NCBI GenBank assembly: GCA_965200245.1
Contig: CBDATS010000004.1
Location: 1,152,001-1,216,000 of the forward strand
DNA length: 64,000 nt
From: a bacterium
GTDB taxonomy: Bacteria > UBA8248
Direction of reading: 5' to 3'
In this document: in pieces, positions 1-8,384 of the stretch
Layout: each line of letters starts with the position of its first letter
How positions within the stretch are numbered: position 1 is the first letter of the stretch
Notes under the pieces: model-generated
Seen by the model: only the letters and a program-made list of their open reading frames with translations
What the model was told of the DNA's origin: nothing
Databases searched by the model: none
Position numbers and translations under genes: made by a program

Positions 1-156
1 CACGCCGTCATGAAGCTCCTCCATCGGGATATCCCAGCCCTTGGCCGAGCGCGCGCCGAATTCCTCATGGTCGAGGTAGGTGACCTCGGGTGGACGTGGT
101 TCGTTCGAGCCGTTCATGATTGGGGTGCTGAGATCGATGAATCGCGTAGCGCACAT
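1..156 (-). CDS. Cyclase-family (kynurenine formamidase-like) protein, 5' part only, runs off the window
   Basis: Hand translation from ATG at 156: MCATRFIDLSTPIMNGSNEPRPPEVTYLDHEEFG. The N-terminal IDLS motif fits the family, and a purine-rich RBS lies upstream. Confidence 0.65.
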   Translation of the reverse strand, partial: MCATRFIDLSTPIMNGSNEPRPPEVTYLDHEEFGARSAKGWDIPMEELHDGV

Positions 157-197
157 AACCTTTCCTTCGCTGGTTGAAAGTCGTTTCCCCAAACCGC

Positions 198-1433
198 CTA
201 GACGACCCAGAGTTTCCTCTCCTGCGGGTAGATGAACTCATATCCGGTTTCGGTGACGACGACGGTTTTCTCTATCTGGGTTCCGCCCATGCCGAATATC
301 TGGCAGGGGTTTTCCACGCATATCGTCGTGCCCGCCTCCAGCGGGAAATCGCTCGACTCCGGCAGGAACGGGCTTCCCTGCGGCGATGGGTCCGCGAGGA
401 CGTAGGGAACTTCGCGCTGCTCCAGTCCAATGGCGTGGCCCGCGAAGTTGCCGTTGTGTTCGGGAAATCCTGCCGCGCGGGTGGCCTCGAGCATGGTCCG
501 GAAGATGGTGGAGCCGAGCACACCCGCCCTGACCTTCGCCATCGCGGCCTCGAAGCCCTCTTCGGTCGCCTTCCAGAGGTCGAGCTGCGCCCTGGTCGGC
601 TCACCCAGCACGCCCCCCCAGCCGGTGTCCCCCTGGTAGTTGTTCAGGACGACACCGGCATCGAACTTCCATATCTCGCCCCTGGCGATCTTCTTGTCCG
701 TGGGCGGGAAGATGCCCGTCGCCCGGCGGCCCGAGCAGAAGTGGAACCATTGCCACTTGCCGCCCATGCGCCCGACTTCCGCCGCGAAGACCGACGCCAC
801 TTCGCGCTCGGTCGCTCCCTCACGCACGGCGTTCGAGGCGGCGATTCCCGCCTTCTCGTTCACCTCGGCGGCGGCGGCGAGTGCGGCAATCTCATCGGGC
901 GTCTTGACCATGCGGATCAGGCGGAAGAAATCCGCCGCGTCGGCGATTTCCGCATCCGGCAGTGCCGCCTCTATCTGGGCGCGCACGTTCGGCATCACGC
1001 GCTCCTGATCGAGTGCGAGGCGCCCCTTCGTGAGGCCGCGTGCCTCAAGCGCAATCCCCAGGGCTTCGCCCGGGTTCCTGCCGCGTTTCCCGTCGTCGTT
1101 GTACATGTCGAGGTAGGTTTCTTCCTCGGGGGTTCGAGCCTGCTCTCCGGGCGGCTGGATGAGAGCGCTCTTTCCGCCGAAGGTGTAGAGGTCCCTGATC
1201 CAGGACTGCTGGACCGAGACGTAGGTGACCTCCTGACCCGGCACGATGAGTGCGGGGGCGACTCCCTCGTCGCACGCGAAGACGGCGAACATGTGGACAG
1301 AATAGGCGTAGACCTTGTTCGACCAGCCCACGGTGCCCGCAAGATAGGTGACGTTCTCGGGCGTGCTGGCAATCATGGCGTCGAAGCCGAAATCGGCCAT
1401 CAGCCCCCGCGCGCGATCCGCGTTCAGATACAT
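198..1433 (-). CDS. M24 Xaa-Pro peptidase family protein (creatinase N-domain plus pita-bread domain)
   Basis: PENVTYLAG, RMVKTPDEI, and metal ligands D..D (FDAG..YQGD), GHAIG, VENP, IEKT. Confidence 0.9.
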   Translation of the reverse strand: MYLNADRARGLMADFGFDAMIASTPENVTYLAGTVGWSNKVYAYSVHMFAVFACDEGVAPALIVPGQEVTYVSVQQSWIRDLYTFGGKSALIQPPGEQARTPEEETYLDMYNDDGKRGRNPGEALGIALEARGLTKGRLALDQERVMPNVRAQIEAALPDAEIADAADFFRLIRMVKTPDEIAALAAAAEVNEKAGIAASNAVREGATEREVASVFAAEVGRMGGKWQWFHFCSGRRATGIFPPTDKKIARGEIWKFDAGVVLNNYQGDTGWGGVLGEPTRAQLDLWKATEEGFEAAMAKVRAGVLGSTIFRTMLEATRAAGFPEHNGNFAGHAIGLEQREVPYVLADPSPQGSPFLPESSDFPLEAGTTICVENPCQIFGMGGTQIEKTVVVTETGYEFIYPQERKLWVV

Positions 1434-1529
1434 TGTGCCTCCCTCAATCCTCAGGGGATACGGTAGACGCCGAGGCTTCCCCGTCAGGAACCCGGCGATT
1501 CCGGGCGATCCGCGTTATGTCGATAGCGG

Positions 1530-2930
1530 ATAGCCTATCAAATCGACTGGGTAGTGAAAAGAGAAGCGAGGGTTCAGTGGTACGCAGTAGGTTAACTGAT
1601 AATCGTTTAATTCAGGGCATATTCAGTATATAGCAAAGATTGGAGACACCAGACAGGAATTAATCGGGATATCTTTCCCCAGTATTAATAAGATACTTAT
1701 AACTCTTACATCTCCTCGTCGTCGCGTATTTGTCGCAGGACCTTACCCTCGTACTTCCACGAATCAGGGCCGCTTACAGCTTGCCAATTCTTGCCCGTAT
1801 CGAGAAGCACGCTATTAGCGGCGTCAGACAGGCTGGTAGTTTTCCCCTTGAACATTACCTTCGAGTCGTTCACGACTTCGCAGGTTACTTTTTCGTCCCA
1901 TACCGACGTTAGAGTTGAACCGGGTTTGATGCCAACCATATTGAATTTGAAATTTTCTCGCCTATTTTTGAAGCCACCGTCATTGACATCTTCTTTCGGG
2001 GCAACATCCTTTATCCCGAACTGTTCAAGAATGGCGATTGGTTGATGGGGCGAGATTTCGAAGAACTCACGATTGGGCCTCACGCGTCGGTCCTCGAACG
2101 CTTGGTGTAGCGTTGACTCGACCTCCTTGGCATCTTGAAATTCCCACGCAGCGACGCAATCAAAGGGGTGCGGTACACCAGTGGAGTCTAATTCACGAAG
2201 TCGGTTTTTGATGGTTTTTTTAGTCTTGCCAATTTTCACGAGACCCGGCATTGTCGGGTTTGTCAGAACGTAAACGATTTCCATTTTACCTTTCCTTGGG
2301 CGCTAGTTCGGCTAAGGGGGTGTAAGCACTCTTGAGGGTCTTGGTATGTGGTAAGTACAAAGGGAGCAATGCAATAGGGGGTCATCAGGACAAGTTGAAC
2401 TCTCCAACCATTTTGAACACGGTGACACCATCAAGGAACAGGCACATCAACTTGATCAGTCTCACATCTTCTCTATCGCTCTTACCCAGACCTTTCTTCT
2501 CTTCTGATATCCTTTCACTTACTTTCGTTCATGCTACCAGAGTTTGTAATTTTTGCATATTATTCCCAATCTATATCATAATCGCCCAGAACTACATCTT
2601 GTGGTGGTTTATCCACGTTGTGATTAGCCCCGAATCAGAATATGGTGGCCGGTTCTTCAAGGGCGTAGTCACGGTTTTTGCTTTCTGATTGATTCCCACC
2701 AATAGCGGGGGTTCTTGGACCTGTCGGAGAGGGTCTACGCTCATGGGTTAACTTGATTTGTACCTGAGCGCATTGCACTAAGATTCAGTCCGAAAAATTT
2801 CAGCTACCCTTGCATTAGTGCGCAGTGGCGGGCCGGGTTACAGGGTTCGGAGGTAGTTCATCTTCCGTGAAGAATTTGGGCCCAGGCCCAAAATTGACGC
2901 AGCCCGTCAAAGGTCATAGAGTGGACCATA
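1530..2930. other. Low-GC islet, probably horizontally acquired and partly decayed
   Basis: Hand-counted lines 1621 and 2521 are about 40% and 30% GC, against about 65% in a sampled cox line. It holds one intact nuclease gene and stop-riddled sequence. Confidence 0.65.
1706..2284 (-). CDS. T5orf172/MUG113-type GIY-YIG nuclease with C-terminal RAMA/DUF4357-like domain
   Basis: VYVLTNPTMPGLVKIGKT, RLRELDSTGVPHPF and VRPNREFFEI. C-terminal SLSDAA..VSGPDSWKYEG resembles RAMA. Confidence 0.8.
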   Translation of the reverse strand: MEIVYVLTNPTMPGLVKIGKTKKTIKNRLRELDSTGVPHPFDCVAAWEFQDAKEVESTLHQAFEDRRVRPNREFFEISPHQPIAILEQFGIKDVAPKEDVNDGGFKNRRENFKFNMVGIKPGSTLTSVWDEKVTCEVVNDSKVMFKGKTTSLSDAANSVLLDTGKNWQAVSGPDSWKYEGKVLRQIRDDEEM

Positions 2931-2979
2931 ATGGTTCTTGGGAAGAGTCCTGCAAACGCCTTTCGCGCGAGGAATCGTC

Positions 2980-3495
2980 ATGACGACTTTCCTGCAGACG
3001 CTCATCCGTCCCGACAGGGAGGAAAGCGGCCAGCGCGCCGAAGTCGCCAAGGCGGCGAGCCTGCTCCAGGTGGGGGAATTCCAGTTCCTCCAGCTCGCCT
3101 ACAGCGAATGGCACGGGGAGGAAATGTCCGAAGAACTCATCAACAACCTGTTCATGTCCTACATGCTCTATGATCAGGTGCCTTGCTGGGCGCGCCACCA
3201 CGCTCACCAGATACTGGCTCTGGACAAACGAGGCGAGTTGAACGAGAACGACCCCGCCTATCACAGGTACGACAAGGATTACGGCAAAAGGTTTCCCGGG
3301 GACATCAAGCGATTCATCGTGACCGCCACCCTCATGGTGTCGATCATGACCGGAATCGTCTGGCTCAGTCACCTCGTAGCCGGGGAGAGCACCTCTTTCC
3401 TGCCTCCCTATTTCGAGAAAAAAGAATTGAAGAAGATGGGGAAAGAGCGCAAGATCGAGGACACATCCCTGACTACGGGCCGTTACAGCAGATAG
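2980..3495 (+). CDS. Hypothetical protein with one C-terminal transmembrane segment
   Basis: Host-like codon usage, GAGGA RBS before ATG 2980, hydrophobic FIVTATLMVSIMTGIVWLSHL. Confidence 0.7.
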   Translation: MTTFLQTLIRPDREESGQRAEVAKAASLLQVGEFQFLQLAYSEWHGEEMSEELINNLFMSYMLYDQVPCWARHHAHQILALDKRGELNENDPAYHRYDKDYGKRFPGDIKRFIVTATLMVSIMTGIVWLSHLVAGESTSFLPPYFEKKELKKMGKERKIEDTSLTTGRYSR

Positions 3496-3524
3496 AGAGG
3501 ATTCCCTACAGAACCGAGGCCGAC

Positions 3525-3725
3525 ATGTTCGATTTCGCAGGCGAGAATCAACAGGCCGTAAACTTCATCTTCCTGTTCGTCACGGGATTCATCGCCATCA
3601 AGGCGATCCGCACGAAAAATCCCGACGGCGGATCCGATTTCGTGCACCTGCTCTTCGGCTGCATCGCCGCGGTGTTCTTCTTTCTGGTCCTGTTCCAGGA
3701 CGTGCTCAACATCGTGCGCTTCTAG
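3525..3725 (+). CDS. Small two-helix membrane protein (66 aa)
   Basis: GAGG RBS then MFDFAGENQQAVNFIFLFVTGF, two hydrophobic stretches, C-ending codons. Confidence 0.7.
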   Translation: MFDFAGENQQAVNFIFLFVTGFIAIKAIRTKNPDGGSDFVHLLFGCIAAVFFFLVLFQDVLNIVRF

Positions 3726-3768
3726 ACTGCAACTCCTTCAAATTTGCAGAAACGCTCCTCCCGAAAGC

Positions 3769-4383
3769 TCAGGGCTTGTACATCCGCTGTGCCCTGTCGA
3801 TTTCCGGAACGCGGAGCAGGCGTTTTTCCGGCGGGAGGATGAGTTGTTCTTTCAGATAAATCGCGCGTTTGCGCACGGTGGATGGATTCGGCGTGCCGTA
3901 GATCACCTTGTCGATGATCCCGGGTCCGTCAACCGCCCCCCAGTCGGCCCTGAGCGCCTCGACGTAATCGGCGAGCGCCTCCCTGTAACGGCCTCGCCTG
4001 TCATGGACGATGCCCCGGTTGGCGTAGGCCGCCGCCATGACGCCTCCGCCCGTCGGGTCGTCGGGTTTCAGGTTTTTCTTGAGATAGTCGATCAGGTAGG
4101 TGAGCTCGGCCAAGGCCTTGTCGTATTGCTTCGTCTGGATAAACACAAGCGCGCGTCCCATCAGCGCGCCGCGGTGATTGGGCCGTTCGTGCAGCGCCCG
4201 GTTGAAACTCGCCAGAGCCTCCTCGTAGTTCCCCTCGGTCAGGCGGATGTCACCCTCCCTGGTGGCGTAATCCCCGGGAGCTTCATTGGCGTACATCGCC
4301 CACAACGCCCACAGGGAGAACATGACGAAGATGAGAATCGCCATGTTCTTGATGAAGCGCTTGAGCACACGCGGGTTCATCAT
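3769..4383 (-). CDS. Membrane-anchored tetratricopeptide-repeat protein
   Basis: N-terminal TM, then GNYEEALASFNRAL, ALMGRALVF and AYANRGIVHDRRGRYREALADY. Start overlaps the upstream stop. Confidence 0.85.
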   Translation of the reverse strand: MMNPRVLKRFIKNMAILIFVMFSLWALWAMYANEAPGDYATREGDIRLTEGNYEEALASFNRALHERPNHRGALMGRALVFIQTKQYDKALAELTYLIDYLKKNLKPDDPTGGGVMAAAYANRGIVHDRRGRYREALADYVEALRADWGAVDGPGIIDKVIYGTPNPSTVRKRAIYLKEQLILPPEKRLLRVPEIDRAQRMYKP

Positions 4384-4619
4384 GGTCCCCGGAAAAGAAA
4401 ATTCATGTAGAAGTAGGAGAACACGAAGCAAAGCAGCACCGCCGTCACCCCCGCGCGCTTCTTCAGTGCGAGACGCTCTTCGTCTGACGTCTCCACTCCA
4501 TCTCTCTCCGCGCGCCTGACGTAGAGCACCCAGATGAGTTGGCGCACCGGCAGAAACAGCGCGGTGCCCAGCGCAAGCACCCAGAGGAGGACATATCTGG
4601 CGGTGAACAATTCAGCCAT
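4380..4619 (-). CDS. Small two-helix membrane protein (79 aa)
   Basis: Two hydrophobic segments, 4-bp overlap with the TPR gene. Confidence 0.75.
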   Translation of the reverse strand: MAELFTARYVLLWVLALGTALFLPVRQLIWVLYVRRAERDGVETSDEERLALKKRAGVTAVLLCFVFSYFYMNFLFRGP

Positions 4620-4645
4620 CGGGGCGTTCAGTCACAAGGGCAGCG

Positions 4646-4684
4646 AAAAACAACACGGGGGAGGAGTTCACACCCCTCCCCCGT
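4646..4684 (-). terminator. Intrinsic terminator after the symporter
   Basis: Minus strand stem ACGGGGGAGG / CCTCCCCCGT followed by GTTGTTTTT. Confidence 0.7.
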
Positions 4685-4719
4685 ATGGCGATACCTGAAT
4701 CATCGCGGTTCGTCCAGGA

Positions 4720-6687
4720 CTACCTTGCCTGTTGCGCAGCCACGTCGCCGATATCCTCCACGAGTGCCTCGATTTCCCTTTCAGGCACGGTGGACATCTC
4801 CATCTTGTAGGCGAGCAGCCACATCATACCCACGCCAAGGGCCCAGAAGAGAATCTGCCAGGCCCATATCGAGGGCATGCCGAATATCCACCCCGCCGGG
4901 CCCGCGTTCGGGGCGCCGAAAATCCAGTTGCCGATGACGGCGCCCGGTCCGATGCCGAAGAACATCCAGGCCAGCGTGACGGCCCACGCCATGGGGACGA
5001 GGCCCTGTTTCTGAGGCGAGAGCGAAGCATGCTCGGCCAGGAAGTCGTGATACTTCTGCCGGTGAGCCGCCGCTGCCGCATCCTGCGTATTTGTGGAGAT
5101 GATCCAGCACACCGCCACGTTGAAGATGATGCCCCAGCCTGCAGAGTGAATCGTCCACGGCCAGCGGCCCCAGATGTCGATGCCGATACCATTCAGGATG
5201 GTGAGGCCGAAGTTCTCCGTGAAGATGACAGCCAGCAGACCCGCCGCCAGGCCCCACGTGACACCTTGCCCGGTAATCTTCGGCATCCAGCACACCGCCG
5301 CCAGTGCCGGCCACATCTGGAAGCCGAAGGCGACGGCGAGTCCTCCAAGCAACACGAGGGCATCCCTCGAGAACGTCGCCACCAGAAGCGCCGCGACGAC
5401 GATGAATACGACGCCTATCCGGCCTGCGACCTTTTGTGTGTCATGCGAGGCGCCGGGGTTCAGATATCTCTTGTACAGATCGCGGGTAAGCATGCCGCCC
5501 GCCGTGGACATGTATGCCGCACCCGTGGACTGCATGGCGGCCAGGGCACATACGGCCAGCAGTCCGACCAGCCACGGCGCCGCATCCGCAATGTAGTTGA
5601 AGTAGTGCGGTACCAGAGAGTCGGGTTTTTTCGCGATGGCTCCCGTGAGTACGTCCGTCATCGCCAGTCCCGCCTTCGTGACCGCGGGGTTTGCGCCGAG
5701 CAGGTGTGCACCCATTCCCTGGGACGCGGTGAAGAAGAACAGGATAAACCCGATACCCGCCGAGGAAGCCCACACCTGCTGGGGTGCAAAGGGGCGCGGG
5801 TTGTTGTTCGAGAACGCCCACATCGAGAACGCGGGGGAAGACTGAATCCCCATGAGCGCGAACATGTAGGTCAGGCACATGATGCCCGTCCACAAACCGC
5901 CCACGGGCGTCTGCTTGCCCAGGCCCGCCGTGAACTGGATGACACCCGGAATGGCGAAATAGGCGTTATAGTCGCCGCCGCCGTATCCTTTCGTCGTCCC
6001 CCACTGGCCCACCGAAGAGGCCGCCAGCTTGGCAAGGCCCGTGTTCAGGGAACCCCATCCGCCGGCGATGCTCAGCGCGATGCATCCGGTAATTATGATG
6101 CCCAGCGCGAGAAGAATGCATTGCAGCGTATCCACGTAGGCAACGGCGCGCAGACCCCCGGCTGCCACGTAGATGAGCACGACCGCCGAGAGCAGCCACA
6201 TGCCCACGTTGACGCTGAAGAGACCGTCGGTCAGCACGTTGAACAGGAAGCCCGAAGCCCCGAGTTGGACGCCGAGGTAGGGAATCGAAAACAACATGGC
6301 CACGATCACCGTGAGTATGCGGATGGCGTCGCCCTGAAAGTAGTCGGCGAACATTTCACCGGGTGTGACATATCCATAGCGCTTGCCCAGCATCCACTGG
6401 CGCTTCAGGAATATCACCCCGGTAAAGGGAATGGTGATGGTGTAGAAAGATGCATAGGCGTACTGGAACCCGTCTCGATAGATGAGTCCCGGGTGTCCCA
6501 TGAACGTCCATCCCGAAAATGACGTCGCCGTCGCCGCCAGGACGAACACCCACATCGATAGCTGGCGACCCGCAATGAAGTAGTCACCCGCCGTTCTTGC
6601 CATCCTCGCGCACTTGATGCCCCAGAAAATACAGTAGGCCCAATAGAGCACGACGAAGGCGAACAGCCAGAAAATCTTCGCATTCAT
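4720..6687 (-). CDS. Sodium:solute symporter family (SSS) transporter
   Basis: DYFIAGR, ATSFSGWTFMGHPG, GGLRAVAYVD and AAMQST motifs. AGGAGG RBS before ATG 6687. Confidence 0.93.
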   Translation of the reverse strand: MNAKIFWLFAFVVLYWAYCIFWGIKCARMARTAGDYFIAGRQLSMWVFVLAATATSFSGWTFMGHPGLIYRDGFQYAYASFYTITIPFTGVIFLKRQWMLGKRYGYVTPGEMFADYFQGDAIRILTVIVAMLFSIPYLGVQLGASGFLFNVLTDGLFSVNVGMWLLSAVVLIYVAAGGLRAVAYVDTLQCILLALGIIITGCIALSIAGGWGSLNTGLAKLAASSVGQWGTTKGYGGGDYNAYFAIPGVIQFTAGLGKQTPVGGLWTGIMCLTYMFALMGIQSSPAFSMWAFSNNNPRPFAPQQVWASSAGIGFILFFFTASQGMGAHLLGANPAVTKAGLAMTDVLTGAIAKKPDSLVPHYFNYIADAAPWLVGLLAVCALAAMQSTGAAYMSTAGGMLTRDLYKRYLNPGASHDTQKVAGRIGVVFIVVAALLVATFSRDALVLLGGLAVAFGFQMWPALAAVCWMPKITGQGVTWGLAAGLLAVIFTENFGLTILNGIGIDIWGRWPWTIHSAGWGIIFNVAVCWIISTNTQDAAAAAHRQKYHDFLAEHASLSPQKQGLVPMAWAVTLAWMFFGIGPGAVIGNWIFGAPNAGPAGWIFGMPSIWAWQILFWALGVGMMWLLAYKMEMSTVPEREIEALVEDIGDVAAQQAR

Positions 6688-7187
6688 ATAGACGCCTCCT
6701 TGTTTGGAAAACAGCCCAATATGCCGTACATCATGAATGCGGGACCCGAGCCCCAAATCCCGCGCCGCATGCATTGAGTATCTTCCGGCAAAAATTCCTG
6801 CCTCATGATGGAAACAATTCAAACATCACAGGTCGAAATCTTCATTGGCGCACATATAAATACTTTCGTTTATATGCCCTTGATTGTAACCTTTTCCTGA
6901 CAAAAAGCAAAATACCAAAAATCGGGGCACCTCTGCGAAATCCTCCATACAGGCGTTATTTCCAGCAAAAACAATCGTTTCATATGGAAGCATCCGGCAA
7001 AAGATTTTCCGGGCAAAAGGTTCCGTTTCCCGGGTGGATTTGGTGAAATCCGAATCCTGAACCAGGTAAAGGAGACGAGGCCCGAAACCGACAATGGACA
7101 TCCGCCGGACCAATGAAGGATATGGAGGTGGGGCTAGGGGAGGATAAGGAAGGGAACTTCCCCGATATCCAATGGAATGCCTGAACC

Positions 7188-7218
7188 AAAAAGGCCGGGG
7201 CAGTGTGGCCCCGGCCTC
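7188..7218 (-). terminator. Intrinsic terminator after tRNA-Arg
   Basis: AGGCCGGGG / CCCCGGCCT stem followed by a T run on the minus strand. Confidence 0.75.
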
Positions 7219-7228
7219 TCGTTTTGTA

Positions 7229-7305
<77 letters not shown>

Positions 7306-7488
7306 GCTCCTGTCTCTTTCCCTTATAGCCCGCAAGACGGGCACCATGCAAACAAAAGCGGGGAAACTACCCCTTCCCGGAAACAGGGTCAAGAGGGCGC
7401 AGAATGCGCGGCAGGTTCCATCCATCCCCACCTCGATTCCGGCCCGGACACCCCTGTACTTCATACGAATTATTTTTCACGCGCGCGC

Positions 7489-7518
7489 TTGAAAACGCAC
7501 CCTCCTATCCTTTAGACT
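7489..7518 (+). promoter_or_regulatory. Candidate sigma-70 promoter of the cox operon
   Basis: TTGAAA-N18-TAGACT about 100 bp upstream of coxB. Confidence 0.45.
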
Positions 7519-7620
7519 TCCCCTGCGGTTTTGGGGAAACAATACATTTTTTCGCGGTTTCGGGAGTTGCGGTTGTGCGCTTCGCCCTGTCGCACTATGG
7601 CCCGGAGGATACGCTTCATC

Positions 7621-8289
7621 ATGATGAGTTGGCTCCCGGAGAATATTTCTATCGAAGGAGAGGAAATCGATTTTCTCTTCTACATCTCCTACTACCTGAC
7701 GGCGATCGTCTTCATTCTGGTCACCGTCGTCATGGCGTATTTCATCATCAAATACCGCGCCAGGCCGGGCGTGAAGGCGAAATACACGCACGGCAACAAC
7801 ATTCTGGAAATTCTCTGGACGGTAATCCCTTCATTCATTCTGCTCGTTTTCATTCTGATGACGCAGACCTCCTGGGCAAAGCTCAAGCTGGCCATTCCCC
7901 AGAACCCGCCCGTGCGCGTCGAGGTGACCGGCAAGCAGTTCAACTGGATCGTCCGATATCCCGGAGACGACGGCAAGTTCGGCACCAAGGACGACTTGGT
8001 ACTCGACAACCAGTTGAACGTCCCGGTGAACAAGCAGGTGTTCATCGCTCTCAAGGGCGCCGACGTCATCCACAGTTTCTTCATACCCCAGGCCCGCATG
8101 AAGCAGGACGTGGTTCCGGGCCGAACGATTCCGCTGTGGTTCACGCCGACCAAGGTGGGTAAATTTGAAATCCCGTGCGCGGAACTTTGCGGCTTCGGGC
8201 ATTCCGGCATGAACGGAGAGTTCATCGTCCACTCCGAGGCGGACTACGCGAAGTGGCGCAAGAAGGCATGGGAAGAGAAAGACAAGTAA
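7621..8289 (+). CDS. coxB: Cytochrome c oxidase subunit II (CuA, no fused cytochrome c)
   Basis: EILWTVIP, DVIHSF and CAELCGFGHSGM CuA motif. No CxxCH. Confidence 0.95.
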   Translation: MMSWLPENISIEGEEIDFLFYISYYLTAIVFILVTVVMAYFIIKYRARPGVKAKYTHGNNILEILWTVIPSFILLVFILMTQTSWAKLKLAIPQNPPVRVEVTGKQFNWIVRYPGDDGKFGTKDDLVLDNQLNVPVNKQVFIALKGADVIHSFFIPQARMKQDVVPGRTIPLWFTPTKVGKFEIPCAELCGFGHSGMNGEFIVHSEADYAKWRKKAWEEKDK

Positions 8290-8384
8290 ACGGCCTTATC
8301 CATGAGGGCGTGCGCCCTTTTTCTTGAACGTGTCGGCGGAAGCTTTTCTCCGATAAACCAAATTTACGAGGGATTCAGGAAACC

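Noticed and set aside
174-1466. Long antisense ORFs such as 174-1466, 4732-6522 and 24193-25455
   Set aside because: They are shadows of well-supported genes on the opposite strand in GC-rich DNA and have no family motifs.
1641-1664. tRNA 3'-end-like sequence (minus strand AATTCCTGTCTGGTGTCTCCA) as an att remnant
   Set aside because: There is no TTCG loop, the spacing is one base off, there is no matching copy in the window and no integrase.
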